A DNA stretch of 64,000 nt from Escherichia phage vB_EcoM_G8. The stretch lies in sequence record NC_054915.1; one strand, 5' to 3'. Made by a program: the position numbers and the translations under genes. Of this stretch, positions 22,994 through 32,110 are shown in pieces (position 1 is the stretch's first letter; the number at the start of each line of letters is the position of its first letter). The notes below the pieces were generated by a model, which was not told the DNA's origin, ran no database searches, and saw only the letters and a list, made by a program, of their open reading frames with translations.

Positions 22994-24088
22994 ATGGCAA
23001 TTGTTAAAGAAATAACTACTGATTTAATTAAAAAGTCCGGTGAGAAAATTTCAGCCGGACAGAGCACTAAATCAGAAGTAGTAACTAAAACATACACTGC
23101 CCAGTTTCCAACTGGGCGTGCTAGTGGTAATGACACTACAGGGGACTTCCAGGTAACAGATCTGTATAAGAATGGATTATTATTTACTGCATACAATATG
23201 TCATCTAGGGATTCTGGAAGTCTTAGATCGATGAGATCTAACTACTCTTCTTCATCTTCGAGTATTTTAAGTACAGCTAGAAACACTATTAGTAGTACAG
23301 TATCAAAACTATCAAATGGATTAATATCAAATAATAATTCAGGAACAATAAGTAAAGCTCCTGTCGCAAACATTCTTTTACCGAGATCTAAATCTGATGT
23401 TGACACATCATCACATAGATTTAATGATGTTCAAGAAAGCCTTATTAGTAGAGGCGGAGGTACTGCTACTGGTGTGCTAAGTAATATTGCTTCAACCGCA
23501 GTATTTGGGGCACTGGAAAGTATAACACAAGGTATAATGGCTGATAATAATGAGCAGATTTATACGACAGCCAGAAGTATGTACGGTGGCGCTGAAAATA
23601 GAACTAAAGTGTTTACATGGGATTTGACTCCACGTTCAACAGAAGATTTAATGGCTATTATTAATATCTATCAATATTTTAACTATTTTTCTTATGGTGA
23701 AACAGGTAAATCTCAATACGCTGCTGAAATAAAGGGGTATTTAGATGATTGGTATCGTTCTACGTTAATTGAACCTTTATCTCCGGAAGACGCAGCTAAA
23801 AATAAAACACTATTTGAGAAAATGACAGCAAGTTTAACGAACGTTCTTGTAGTTTCAAACCCGACAGTTTGGATGGTGAAAAACTTTGGTGCAACATCTA
23901 AGTTTGATGGAAAAACGGAAATATTTGGTCCATGCCAAATACAGAGCATTAGATTTGATAAAACACCTAATGGTAACTTTAACGGATTAGCTATTGCTCC
24001 AAACCTCCCTAGTACATTTACTCTCGAGATTACTATGAGAGAAATTATCACGTTAAACCGTGCTTCTTTATATGCGGGGACTTTTTAA
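22994..24088 (+). CDS. 48: baseplate tail tube cap gp48
   Basis: 364 aa. Confidence 0.88.
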   Translation: MAIVKEITTDLIKKSGEKISAGQSTKSEVVTKTYTAQFPTGRASGNDTTGDFQVTDLYKNGLLFTAYNMSSRDSGSLRSMRSNYSSSSSSILSTARNTISSTVSKLSNGLISNNNSGTISKAPVANILLPRSKSDVDTSSHRFNDVQESLISRGGGTATGVLSNIASTAVFGALESITQGIMADNNEQIYTTARSMYGGAENRTKVFTWDLTPRSTEDLMAIINIYQYFNYFSYGETGKSQYAAEIKGYLDDWYRSTLIEPLSPEDAAKNKTLFEKMTASLTNVLVVSNPTVWMVKNFGATSKFDGKTEIFGPCQIQSIRFDKTPNGNFNGLAIAPNLPSTFTLEITMREIITLNRASLYAGTF

Positions 24089-25011
24089 TGTATTCTTTAG
24101 AGGAATTTAATAATCAAGCAATAAACGCAGATTTCCAACGTAATAATATGTTTAGCTGCGTTTTTGCAACAACTCCATCAACTAAAAGCTCTTCGTTGAT
24201 AAGTTCAATTAGCAACTTTTCTTATAATAACTTGGGCCTAAATTCAAATTGGTTAGGATTAACTCAAGGTGATATTAATCAGGGAATTACCACGCTAATT
24301 ACAGCTGGCACACAAAAACTAATAAGAAAATCAGGAGTCAGTAAATATCTTATTGGTGCCATGAGTCAACGTACTGTCCAGAGTTTATTAGGATCATTTA
24401 CAGTCGGTACATATTTAATCGATTTCTTTAATATGGCGTATAATTCATCTGGATTGATGATATATTCTGTAAAAATGCCAGAGAATAGATTATCCTATGA
24501 AACTGACTGGAACTATAATTCTCCTAATATTCGTATAACTGGGAGAGAATTAGACCCTTTGGTTATTTCATTTAGAATGGATTCAGAAGCTTGTAACTAT
24601 CGTGCAATGCAAGACTGGGTTAACTCCGTTCAAGACCCAGTAACTGGACTACGTGCTTTGCCGCAAGATGTCGAGGCAGATATTCAGGTTAATCTTCATT
24701 CTCGTAATGGATTGCCTCATACTGCGGTGATGTTCACCGGATGCATTCCAATATCAGTGAGCGCTCCTGAGTTATCATATGATGGAGATAACCAAATAAC
24801 TACATTTGATGTTACTTTTGCGTATAGAGTGATGCAGGCTGGAGCAGTTGATAGGCAAGCTGCGCTTGAATGGCTTGAATCTGCTGCTATAAATGGTATT
24901 CAAAGCGTTCTCGGAAATAGTGGAGGTGTTACTGGACTATCTAATTCGCTTTCACGACTCAGTAGACTAGGAGGAACCTCAGGAAGCATTTCAAATATTA
25001 GTATACTATGA
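24088..25011 (+). CDS. 54: baseplate tail tube initiator gp54
   Basis: 307 aa, TAATG overlap with gene 48. Confidence 0.85.
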   Translation: MYSLEEFNNQAINADFQRNNMFSCVFATTPSTKSSSLISSISNFSYNNLGLNSNWLGLTQGDINQGITTLITAGTQKLIRKSGVSKYLIGAMSQRTVQSLLGSFTVGTYLIDFFNMAYNSSGLMIYSVKMPENRLSYETDWNYNSPNIRITGRELDPLVISFRMDSEACNYRAMQDWVNSVQDPVTGLRALPQDVEADIQVNLHSRNGLPHTAVMFTGCIPISVSAPELSYDGDNQITTFDVTFAYRVMQAGAVDRQAALEWLESAAINGIQSVLGNSGGVTGLSNSLSRLSRLGGTSGSISNISIL

Positions 25012-25059
25012 CAGGGATTGTCAATTCGCAGAGTAAAATATTAGGAGCAATATAACAAC

Positions 25060-25090
25060 GGGGACCTTTCGGTCCCCATATTTTTATTTG
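25060..25090. terminator. bidirectional terminator between gene 54 and alt.-3
   Basis: GGGGACC-TTTC-GGTCCCC then ATATTTTTATTT. Confidence 0.7.
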
Positions 25091-25374
25091 CGGAATGAAA
25101 TGAAAGCAGAAACTGAAGCAACTAAACTGTCTTCAATATAAACTTCAATTTTTACCGGAGCTTCTGACTCAAATTTACCTGTTACTACACCCTGAAAAAT
25201 ACTTTCAGTCTGTTCTGGCTTTGAAAAATTTTCAGAAGGAAAAATTCCAAACTTTTTATCTGTTCCGAAAATTTTGATAAATTCATCATAAACTGCTTCA
25301 TTAAAAGCATTATCAGCAGGAATAACGCCTTCAACTACAAGTTCTTGACCTAAAAAGCGTAAAGAAGATTTCAT
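25084..25374 (-). CDS. alt.-3: hypothetical protein (alt.-3 position)
   Basis: 96 aa; preceded by promoter/stem-loop cassette and SD GAGGA. Confidence 0.7.
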   Translation of the reverse strand: MKSSLRFLGQELVVEGVIPADNAFNEAVYDEFIKIFGTDKKFGIFPSENFSKPEQTESIFQGVVTGKFESEAPVKIEVYIEDSLVASVSAFISFRK

Positions 25375-25381
25375 TTTGTGT

Positions 25382-25435
25382 TCCTCATGTTATGTCAGTA
25401 AGACTACTATAACACAACACGAGGGACTTGTAAAC
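25382..25435 (-). repeat. 54-bp promoter/stem-loop cassette, copy 1 (upstream of alt.-3)
   Basis: 53/54 identical to 37822..37875; minus strand GTTTAC-N18-TATAGT, arms CCTCGTGTTGT / ATAACATGAGG, SD GAGGA. Confidence 0.9.
25406..25435 (-). promoter_or_regulatory. sigma70-type early promoter (GTTTAC -35, 18-nt spacer, TATAGT -10)
   Basis: Minus strand GTTTACAAGTCCCTCGTGTTGTGTTATAGT. Confidence 0.6.
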
Positions 25436-25610
25436 TACATTTTGAACTTTTTAGTACGCGTAATAGGCATGCGTCGATTTTATACTGTTTCATTGTTTGA
25501 AGAGCAGTATCAAAAACAGCATTAATGACACCAATTGGATTTCCACCCAAGTTTTTAAGCTTAACTAATGATAGTTTCTCATTAACACCTATCATTACGA
25601 TATGCATCAT
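25407..25610 (-). CDS. alt.-2: Alt N-terminal fragment paralog (matches Alt residues ~64-120)
   Basis: 67 aa MMHIVMIGVNEKLSLVKLKNLGGNPIGVINAVFDTALQTMKQYKIDACLLRVLKS aligns with Alt MMHIVPFTLTAKGSIAKLKGLGPSPINYINSVFTVAMQTMRQYKIDACMLRILKS. Confidence 0.7.
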   Translation of the reverse strand: MMHIVMIGVNEKLSLVKLKNLGGNPIGVINAVFDTALQTMKQYKIDACLLRVLKSSKCSLQVPRVVL

Positions 25611-25792
25611 TTTATCGCCCGGCTTAACGTTTTATTCGTATCACCGCCAGAGGTGTATGTACAAAATCTAAATCCAGGAAGCACGCTTTCTTCGCCGGCT
25701 TGAATAGCAAAAATTTGTGGTATTTTATGCTTAGGATTTAAGTTAACAGCCGGCGCCGAAGCGCCGTCAAATAATTCTGTAATAAGTTCCAT
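25607..25792 (-). CDS. alt.-1: Alt N-terminal fragment paralog (matches Alt residues ~2-58)
   Basis: 61 aa MELITELFDGASAPAVNLNPKHKIPQIFAIQ…FRFCTYTSGGDTN aligns with Alt N-terminus MELITELFDEDTTLPITNLNPKKKIPQIFSV…FRLCTYTSGGDTN. Confidence 0.7.
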   Translation of the reverse strand: MELITELFDGASAPAVNLNPKHKIPQIFAIQAGEESVLPGFRFCTYTSGGDTNKTLSRAIK

Positions 25793-25795
25793 GAT

Positions 25796-27844
25796 TTATC
25801 CTTGAACGAACTTGTAAGGCATGTTTGCAATATCTATGCAAGACGCAATAATTCCAAGAGATGATTCTACTTTCTGTTTAACATTTGATGAAACAAATGA
25901 TGCAAAGTCAACTCTATCTTCTATATCACCTGTCATTGTAACCAATTCACCAGTTTCCATTAAACGGTCACCGTCATAAATTACCGATTCGGTGAGTTCT
26001 TCTGTGGTCATAACTTCAGCTTGAATAAGCTTGTTGTTAGTTCTAACTGTTCCATCGTTGTAAGATGCATCGGTTATTTTATTAACTTTGACCATTAATC
26101 CACGTGGCAAAATGACTTCCATTTCATTTGAAGGCGCTAAACTTCCACCGGGTAAAACAACATTGACCTTATCAGCCCCAGTAATAACCCATCCAATTCC
26201 AACTAAATTATCACTAGAATTTACAAGTCCTTCATCAGTTTTATCAATAGAAACACTTAAACGCTTTTCGTCTGGTAAAACACCCACAGATGAATCAGTC
26301 ATCCAAGTACCAAAAATATTTGGATATAATGATGTTGACACAAAGTTTCTAAAATAAAAAACTCGATTTTTTACCATTGCTTCATATATTGAAGGTAACA
26401 TTCGTTGTGAACGATACAAAGTAATACCTTTTGGTAATCGTTCACCATTTTTAAAGGCTGAATCTAAATTATCAATGGCTTGTTCTATTTCAGGTGCTGT
26501 TAAAATACTTGTACGCTCATCTGGATTATATAATCCCAAAAGAGCATTATTCATGTCTACATATCCTGAACCTACATATTCACGAATTCCGCGTTTTTGC
26601 GCTGGTGTGTATTTAGATGAATCTTTATTTTCGACTATAGGATGTAATGACCATCCAGCGGTAAGAGCATATCCACGTAATTCTCTTCGAATAATCTTTG
26701 TTTTTATTGCATTCCAAGAATTTTGTACTAACTCATTTGCAGCATCTTGGTTTAAATGCGAATGTCTGTTAATATTTCTTTCAAACCAAGCACCTTTATA
26801 TTTTTCTAAAGTATCATCAACTATAGAAGCAATAGTTTCTAAAGTTTTTATTGAAGTAATAGATTCTTTTCGTAATCTTTCTAAAGCTTTATTTTTTATT
26901 TCTGCATTAATAATGGATTCTTTATCTTCAGGAATTATAGAAGCTTCTCTGAATGCCATTCCAGCTGTAACACTACTAAGAGCATTCTCTAATGCAAATC
27001 CTGAAGTAGAAATAACAGTTAATTCATTAGCGTCAGAAATTAAAGGAGCGTCCGCTGGTTTATTTAATTCTGCCGCTGAAGCCTCAAATTTTTGAAACAT
27101 CGGTGTTTCAAATCTAGAAGATTCCAATGACTGACTTTGTGCAATTGCTCTACGGGAAATTTTAACTTTAACGATTACAGCTTGGTCAGAACGTTTATCA
27201 TTTTCTTGTGCAATAGATGCTGCAATTGCCTCATTTTTAGTTACTTGAGCTCCAGTATCTTTATTGATATAAACATCACCGACCTTCGATTCAACTTTAG
27301 TAAAGAGCTCGGTACTAATTTCCGGAACCCCTGGAATGTCTTCTAGTGATACATTTTTGCGATGTATAAGAATATATGCATACTTTTTATCATAATCCCA
27401 GAGTTCCTTAAGAAGGACGTATCTGCCACCTGAACGACTACGGATAAGTCTATCAGCAATAACTTGAATTTGTCGAGCTTGACCGGCGGTTTTAGACTTA
27501 AGAATACGAAGCATACAAGCATCAATTTTATACTGACGCATTGTTTGCATTGCAACAGTAAAAACCGAATTGATATAATTAATTGGGCTTGGACCAAGAC
27601 CTTTCAATTTAGCAATTGAACCTTTAGCGGTTAATGTAAAAGGAACAATATGCATCATTTTATCGCCCATCTTTAAATCACGATTAGTATCACCTCCAGA
27701 TGTATAGGTACATAAACGAAAGCCTGGTTGTTCAATTGCGTCATCAACATGAACTGAAAAAATTTGCGGTATTTTCTTCTTTGGATTTAAGTTTGTAATC
27801 GGAAGAGTAGTATCTTCGTCAAATAATTCTGTAATTAGTTCCAT
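25796..27844 (-). CDS. alt: ADP-ribosyltransferase Alt (capsid-packaged)
   Basis: Track ORF is 683 aa; second Met gives 682 aa starting MELITELFDE; late promoter TATAAATA upstream. Confidence 0.9.
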   Translation of the reverse strand: MELITELFDEDTTLPITNLNPKKKIPQIFSVHVDDAIEQPGFRLCTYTSGGDTNRDLKMGDKMMHIVPFTLTAKGSIAKLKGLGPSPINYINSVFTVAMQTMRQYKIDACMLRILKSKTAGQARQIQVIADRLIRSRSGGRYVLLKELWDYDKKYAYILIHRKNVSLEDIPGVPEISTELFTKVESKVGDVYINKDTGAQVTKNEAIAASIAQENDKRSDQAVIVKVKISRRAIAQSQSLESSRFETPMFQKFEASAAELNKPADAPLISDANELTVISTSGFALENALSSVTAGMAFREASIIPEDKESIINAEIKNKALERLRKESITSIKTLETIASIVDDTLEKYKGAWFERNINRHSHLNQDAANELVQNSWNAIKTKIIRRELRGYALTAGWSLHPIVENKDSSKYTPAQKRGIREYVGSGYVDMNNALLGLYNPDERTSILTAPEIEQAIDNLDSAFKNGERLPKGITLYRSQRMLPSIYEAMVKNRVFYFRNFVSTSLYPNIFGTWMTDSSVGVLPDEKRLSVSIDKTDEGLVNSSDNLVGIGWVITGADKVNVVLPGGSLAPSNEMEVILPRGLMVKVNKITDASYNDGTVRTNNKLIQAEVMTTEELTESVIYDGDRLMETGELVTMTGDIEDRVDFASFVSSNVKQKVESSLGIIASCIDIANMPYKFVQG

Positions 27845-27867
27845 CATATCCTCTCTAGTGTTTATTC

Positions 27868-27875
27868 TATTTATA
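27868..27875 (-). promoter_or_regulatory. late promoter TATAAATA (alt)
   Basis: Minus-strand TATAAATA ~20 nt upstream of alt start. Confidence 0.7.
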
Positions 27876-27880
27876 AAATT

Positions 27881-27898
27881 AAAGGCCCGAAGGCCTTT
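27881..27898 (-). terminator. hairpin at end of 62-aa ORF, before alt late promoter
   Basis: AAAGGCC-CGAA-GGCCTTT. Confidence 0.5.
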
Positions 27899-28085
27899 AG
27901 TAATCTAGTGGTAAGAGAGTACGATATATTTCAAACTTTGGTCCTTTTTCATAGGCATCAAATGTTTCTGTGAATTTATTATAAGCGTATGCATCTACAA
28001 ATTCGAGAATGACTTGTGATACAGAAGTAGAAACATCTCCACCTTCTTTTTGAGCAATGACAATTGTTTCTAAGTAAGCTTTCAT
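27897..28085 (-). CDS. hypothetical 62-aa protein translationally coupled to DNA ligase
   Basis: ATGA overlap with gene 30 stop; N-terminus MKAYLETIVIAQKE. Confidence 0.6.
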   Translation of the reverse strand: MKAYLETIVIAQKEGGDVSTSVSQVILEFVDAYAYNKFTETFDAYEKGPKFEIYRTLLPLDY

Positions 28086-29545
28086 AGACCAGTTACCTCA
28101 TGAAAATCGCCAAATACATCTTCGAACGTATTAGCTTTAGTTTTATCTTCACGTAAACGAATCGCAATCGGAAGAAATAATTTAACGTAATCAGTGCGGC
28201 CATCAGATTTTAACCAACCGTTGCATTCGCACTCTAGAATTTTTCCAATATAATAATTTTGGTTTTCCATAATGCGAGTACGGTCAAGTTCATGCGATTT
28301 TACACCGGCTTTATCTTTTAAGCCTGAACCAGCATTTACCTTAATTTTTCCACACTCTGACTCAAGAATAAATCCACCTGCTTTAGTAGGGTCTTTACGG
28401 TGAGGATAAATTCCTACAATTTTTAAATCAACATCAATTACTTCTTTAAATTTATAGATATTTTTTGAACGAGCATTTTCCCATAATCCATCGATATTTT
28501 TGAGAATAATACCTTCAAGACCTTGGTCAATATACTTTTTATAAATTACCTTAGCTTCATCTAGGTTATTTACTACCTGGTTTTCAATTAAAATTACTTT
28601 ATCATAGCCTGATGTCATTTGTTCTAGTTTAGAAAAACGTACATCATATTTCAAACGAAATGCAGGAAGACCGTATATTTCTACCAACGGGACATAATCC
28701 CAGACCTGAAACTTCATGCATTGAGCTTCTTTTTCAGAAATGGTTCCCTTTAAAGATTTATTGGCGATTCCATTAGAAGTAGTACGTGATTCAGCTACTT
28801 CGGCGAATTCTTTGGCTTTACTAATTTCAGGATAAGCATCAAAAAGAAAATCTAGGCCTTCTGGCTCCTTTTTAACTTGCTCATGGTATACCAATTCGCC
28901 ATCAATTAACACGCCTTCTGGATGAATCTGGCGGGCTTCAGCGGTCATTTTGATTAATTCTTCCTTAAGAAGATCTAATCCTAGATATTCATTACCGGCT
29001 CGTGATAAAAGACGAACATCATCTAATTCATCACCTCTGACTTCGGCAAAGCACCGAGCCCCATCAGCTTTTAACTGGGCAAAGGCTGGAAATTTGATAT
29101 TCTTATTAATGCCTTTTTCATCATAAGAACTTGCAAGCATTTGAGGTTGTTCAGGAATTAAACCTGGCCAAACTTTGTTTGCAATAGATACTGAAGCACC
29201 ACATTCAAGGTCTCGCATCATCACTCGACGCAAAACTTCAACATCATCTTTTTTACCATCGGTGATATATCCAGTTAATTCCTCAATTGCTGCATTTCCA
29301 GTCAATTTCCGAGTAGCTAATGTGAATTCAATGAAGTCAAGCATATCGGTAAGAGTCAACATTCCAAAACTCTGGGTAGCAATACCAGGTTTAGGCCATT
29401 TCTTGATATAATACTGCAACCCACGAGAATAAGTCAGACGATATACTCGTTTAAGCAATTCATTATCTTCATTCTTTTCAAGAATTGCTTGCTTCTGCTT
29501 AGTTGAACCAATAGATGCTATTTCGTTCAGAATTTTAAGAATCAT
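28082..29545 (-). CDS. 30: ATP-dependent DNA ligase gp30
   Basis: 487 aa; adenylation lysine context AQLKADGARC (KxDG). Confidence 0.93.
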   Translation of the reverse strand: MILKILNEIASIGSTKQKQAILEKNEDNELLKRVYRLTYSRGLQYYIKKWPKPGIATQSFGMLTLTDMLDFIEFTLATRKLTGNAAIEELTGYITDGKKDDVEVLRRVMMRDLECGASVSIANKVWPGLIPEQPQMLASSYDEKGINKNIKFPAFAQLKADGARCFAEVRGDELDDVRLLSRAGNEYLGLDLLKEELIKMTAEARQIHPEGVLIDGELVYHEQVKKEPEGLDFLFDAYPEISKAKEFAEVAESRTTSNGIANKSLKGTISEKEAQCMKFQVWDYVPLVEIYGLPAFRLKYDVRFSKLEQMTSGYDKVILIENQVVNNLDEAKVIYKKYIDQGLEGIILKNIDGLWENARSKNIYKFKEVIDVDLKIVGIYPHRKDPTKAGGFILESECGKIKVNAGSGLKDKAGVKSHELDRTRIMENQNYYIGKILECECNGWLKSDGRTDYVKLFLPIAIRLREDKTKANTFEDVFGDFHEVTGL

Positions 29546-29811
29546 TATTCATCCTTCAGAGTTTGGTTTACAGCTCTATTATAAATCAATTCATCATTAA
29601 GCTCAGTCAAAGACTTATGATATGTGGTTCTAACTTTATTTCCTTGCATCCAGTGCTTGATATAAATGAAACCTTGCTCTACACATTTTTTAAAAATTCG
29701 TTCGTCTTTTTGAGCTCGGAATTCTGGATTGCATCTAAAAAATTGATTTACGTGACCGTAATCACGTGTAGTATTACCTTCATTTTCATAAATAGTGTGA
29801 ACAACAAACAT
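29545..29811 (-). CDS. 30.1: hypothetical protein (30.1 position)
   Basis: 88 aa, overlapping stop/start with neighbours. Confidence 0.65.
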   Translation of the reverse strand: MFVVHTIYENEGNTTRDYGHVNQFFRCNPEFRAQKDERIFKKCVEQGFIYIKHWMQGNKVRTTYHKSLTELNDELIYNRAVNQTLKDE

Positions 29812-30659
29812 TAGAATGCTCCTTGGAAAATATTATCACCACTAGTAAGTCTATTAAAATACCCTGCGTCGCCAGGCTTAATATAACTCCACGTATGGAA
29901 TGGATGCATCTGGTGTGAGTGCGTATAATATGGATGATATGGATTATAAGGATTAAATCCAGGAGTTCTCCAGGTAGTGTTCCAGCGAAAAGAATCGTTT
30001 TTAATCATCTTCTCAATTACATCTTTTATAGCTTTTTCACTATCAAAACTTTCTTTATTTTCCTTTGATGGAAAAAGCTTATTCTCTACATCATTCCATG
30101 TATAAACTCGCTGTGCAGTTTTTGGAATACTGTCACGCTCTCCTCGAGCCATCCAATAAACTGGAACATTTAATATTTCACTCGCATGATCGCAGTGGTG
30201 AGCGAGATCGTCAATATAACAAATTACGTTATATTTCTCTTTTGCCTTTTTGAACAACTCTTCTTTTGAAGAATCATGACCACACATCAATACTTCTGAG
30301 AAGGCACCAGGAAAAAGAGCATTCAAATTAAATTGACGATTCAGCAGAGCGTCAATAGAATCACCCAATGCTGTAACAGCTACAAAATTATAATCTTCTT
30401 TTAATTTGTTAATTACACACAGGGCATCTTTATATGGCGACAAGTAACGAATAAAATCTGAACGATTGTATTTTTCAATTAGCTTAACGCCAAGTTCTTC
30501 ATCACAATTAAAAAGTTTACCAGGAGAAATAAATTTCTCATCTTGGATCATTTTTAAAATATGTTCCAATGGAAGATTATATTTCTGAGCAAAATAAGGA
30601 AGGCCTGATTGCCAGCTTAAACATACTCCATCAATATCAGTTAAAATAGTAGGCTTCAT
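29811..30659 (-). CDS. 30.2: HAD-superfamily hydrolase-like protein (30.2 position)
   Basis: 282 aa; N-terminal LTDIDGV matches HAD motif I DxDG; His/Tyr/Pro-rich tail NPYNPYHPYYTHSHQMHPFH. Confidence 0.7.
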   Translation of the reverse strand: MKPTILTDIDGVCLSWQSGLPYFAQKYNLPLEHILKMIQDEKFISPGKLFNCDEELGVKLIEKYNRSDFIRYLSPYKDALCVINKLKEDYNFVAVTALGDSIDALLNRQFNLNALFPGAFSEVLMCGHDSSKEELFKKAKEKYNVICYIDDLAHHCDHASEILNVPVYWMARGERDSIPKTAQRVYTWNDVENKLFPSKENKESFDSEKAIKDVIEKMIKNDSFRWNTTWRTPGFNPYNPYHPYYTHSHQMHPFHTWSYIKPGDAGYFNRLTSGDNIFQGAF

Positions 30660-31114
30660 AGAGAGTCTCTTAATAGGTTTAACACATCAATAAATTCAGC
30701 TTCGGTTAGTATTGTATCATCTTTTGTTAGACCACTAGCCATGCTGTGCTTCAAAACTTTTCCTTTCGAGACTTGTAATGCATCACGAAAGCCCTTGTTT
30801 TGGATCGCTGCTTCAAAATATGCATTTGTGTATAATTCTTTCCACGCCGGGGAGTATCTTGAAAACGGAACTCCGAGCCAGAAGAGGGTCCCACGGTCCT
30901 GAGCTCTTGCATAAGACCTTCCAGCTTGCTGTGCGGCCAATCCAGACAACCCAAATATACGACGTTGTTGTTCAACATTTTTCACCTTGCACTCTTGGAG
31001 GAATCCTTCAAGACCTCCAAATTGAATACCATCCATAACGAAAGGCCATTGGGCGAAATTACTTAATGCGCATGATGGCCATCTAAAACTACTTCTAATC
31101 TCTAACTCAGACAT
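30656..31114 (-). CDS. 30.3: NADAR/YbiA-family protein (30.3 position)
   Basis: ATG 31114 (track ORF starts at TTG 31120); 152 aa; LSNFAQWPFVMDGIQFGGLEGFLQECK resembles E. coli YbiA FSNFAAWPIKVDG…. Confidence 0.7.
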   Translation of the reverse strand: MSELEIRSSFRWPSCALSNFAQWPFVMDGIQFGGLEGFLQECKVKNVEQQRRIFGLSGLAAQQAGRSYARAQDRGTLFWLGVPFSRYSPAWKELYTNAYFEAAIQNKGFRDALQVSKGKVLKHSMASGLTKDDTILTEAEFIDVLNLLRDSL

Positions 31115-31312
31115 TTTCAATACTTATAATTTCAACATCAGCCCAATGACCATAGCAAGGAAGACGAAATTCAACTGGCCAGTTAGGGTCCTTTCTAATA
31201 TAATAGACTCAACTCGTGGTTCTTCATGTTCATCAGTATATGGATTTTTATCTGTTACTTTATATGTGACCTTAATGTACTGAATTCCAAAAATCTTATT
31301 AATTAATTATAT

Positions 31313-31510
31313 TCATACTAATTCCTTTAATCCGTAAATAGGAGATAATTCATCACCCATGCGAAGGTCTTCATTTCCATCTACCCAGGAAACAATATAA
31401 GCCTCTTTTATTTGAATACCACTCCATTTAAATGGAGGTAGAACCTTAGAAATTAATCCAGGTATACCAACTCCCTTTAATTCAACAGTTTGACCTAAAA
31501 AGAATTTCAT
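31313..31510 (-). CDS. hypothetical protein
   Basis: 65 aa ORF in the 30.x small-ORF cluster. Confidence 0.5.
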   Translation of the reverse strand: MKFFLGQTVELKGVGIPGLISKVLPPFKWSGIQIKEAYIVSWVDGNEDLRMGDELSPIYGLKELV

Positions 31511-31797
31511 TAGAACCTCATCTGAAAACCATGCGATTTAACATTACCGCCACCAATATCAGAGATATTAATTTCGCGCGCAATTGAAGGGTCAATGTCA
31601 ATTTCGCGATTGAGTTTAGTGATAGCTAAAGTATCGCGCCCATTTACAGTACGAAACTCTAAAGGACAAACCACATCAACGTAGTTTTTAATCGATTCGC
31701 TAGTAGGTTGCAAATGTGCAGGAAGGTCTTTAGGCGCCTTTGAGAAAACAACTTCACAGAAATTTTTGCGGGTATCAAAATAAGTAGTCATAAACAT
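31510..31797 (-). CDS. hypothetical protein
   Basis: Track ORF 189 aa extends through a hairpin; ATG 31797 after GAGGAAA gives 95 aa (MFMTTYFDTRKNF…). Confidence 0.55.
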   Translation of the reverse strand: MFMTTYFDTRKNFCEVVFSKAPKDLPAHLQPTSESIKNYVDVVCPLEFRTVNGRDTLAITKLNREIDIDPSIAREINISDIGGGNVKSHGFQMRF

Positions 31798-31933
31798 AAC
31801 ATTTTCCTCAATAGGGGCCGAAGCCCTTTTCTTTTGTTTGTATAAGATAATACTATCACAAAGGAACCGTACTGTAAACAACTTTGTGCAATCTTTGGAA
31901 AATAAAAAAAGGACTCCCGAAGGAGTCCTCAAC

Positions 31934-32110
31934 TTATGCTTTCTGCTTACCAAAACGAGAAGCATCATCTCGAAGAACCGCACGTGCTCGGCGCATGATC
32001 TTCTCAACAGTTTGATTGATACGAGAGTTCGACCCACGCTTGTAGCCAGCGCGTTTAGAATCACCAACTTTCTTTTCAACTGATTTCTTTGCTTTAGCTT
32101 GTTTTGCCAT
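31934..32110 (-). CDS. small basic hypothetical protein
   Basis: ATG 32110 gives 58 aa MAKQAKAKKSVEKKVGDSKRAGYKRGS…; Lys/Arg-rich. Confidence 0.5.
   Translation of the reverse strand: MAKQAKAKKSVEKKVGDSKRAGYKRGSNSRINQTVEKIMRRARAVLRDDASRFGKQKA

Noticed and set aside
26475-27095. 206-aa plus-strand ORF
   Set aside because: Lies entirely antisense within alt; no SD or promoter; typical shadow ORF in AT-rich DNA.
31510-32079. 189-aa minus-strand ORF
   Set aside because: Its upstream half crosses a UUCG hairpin and overlaps another ORF in a different frame; only the distal 95 codons after GAGGAAA-ATG are plausible.
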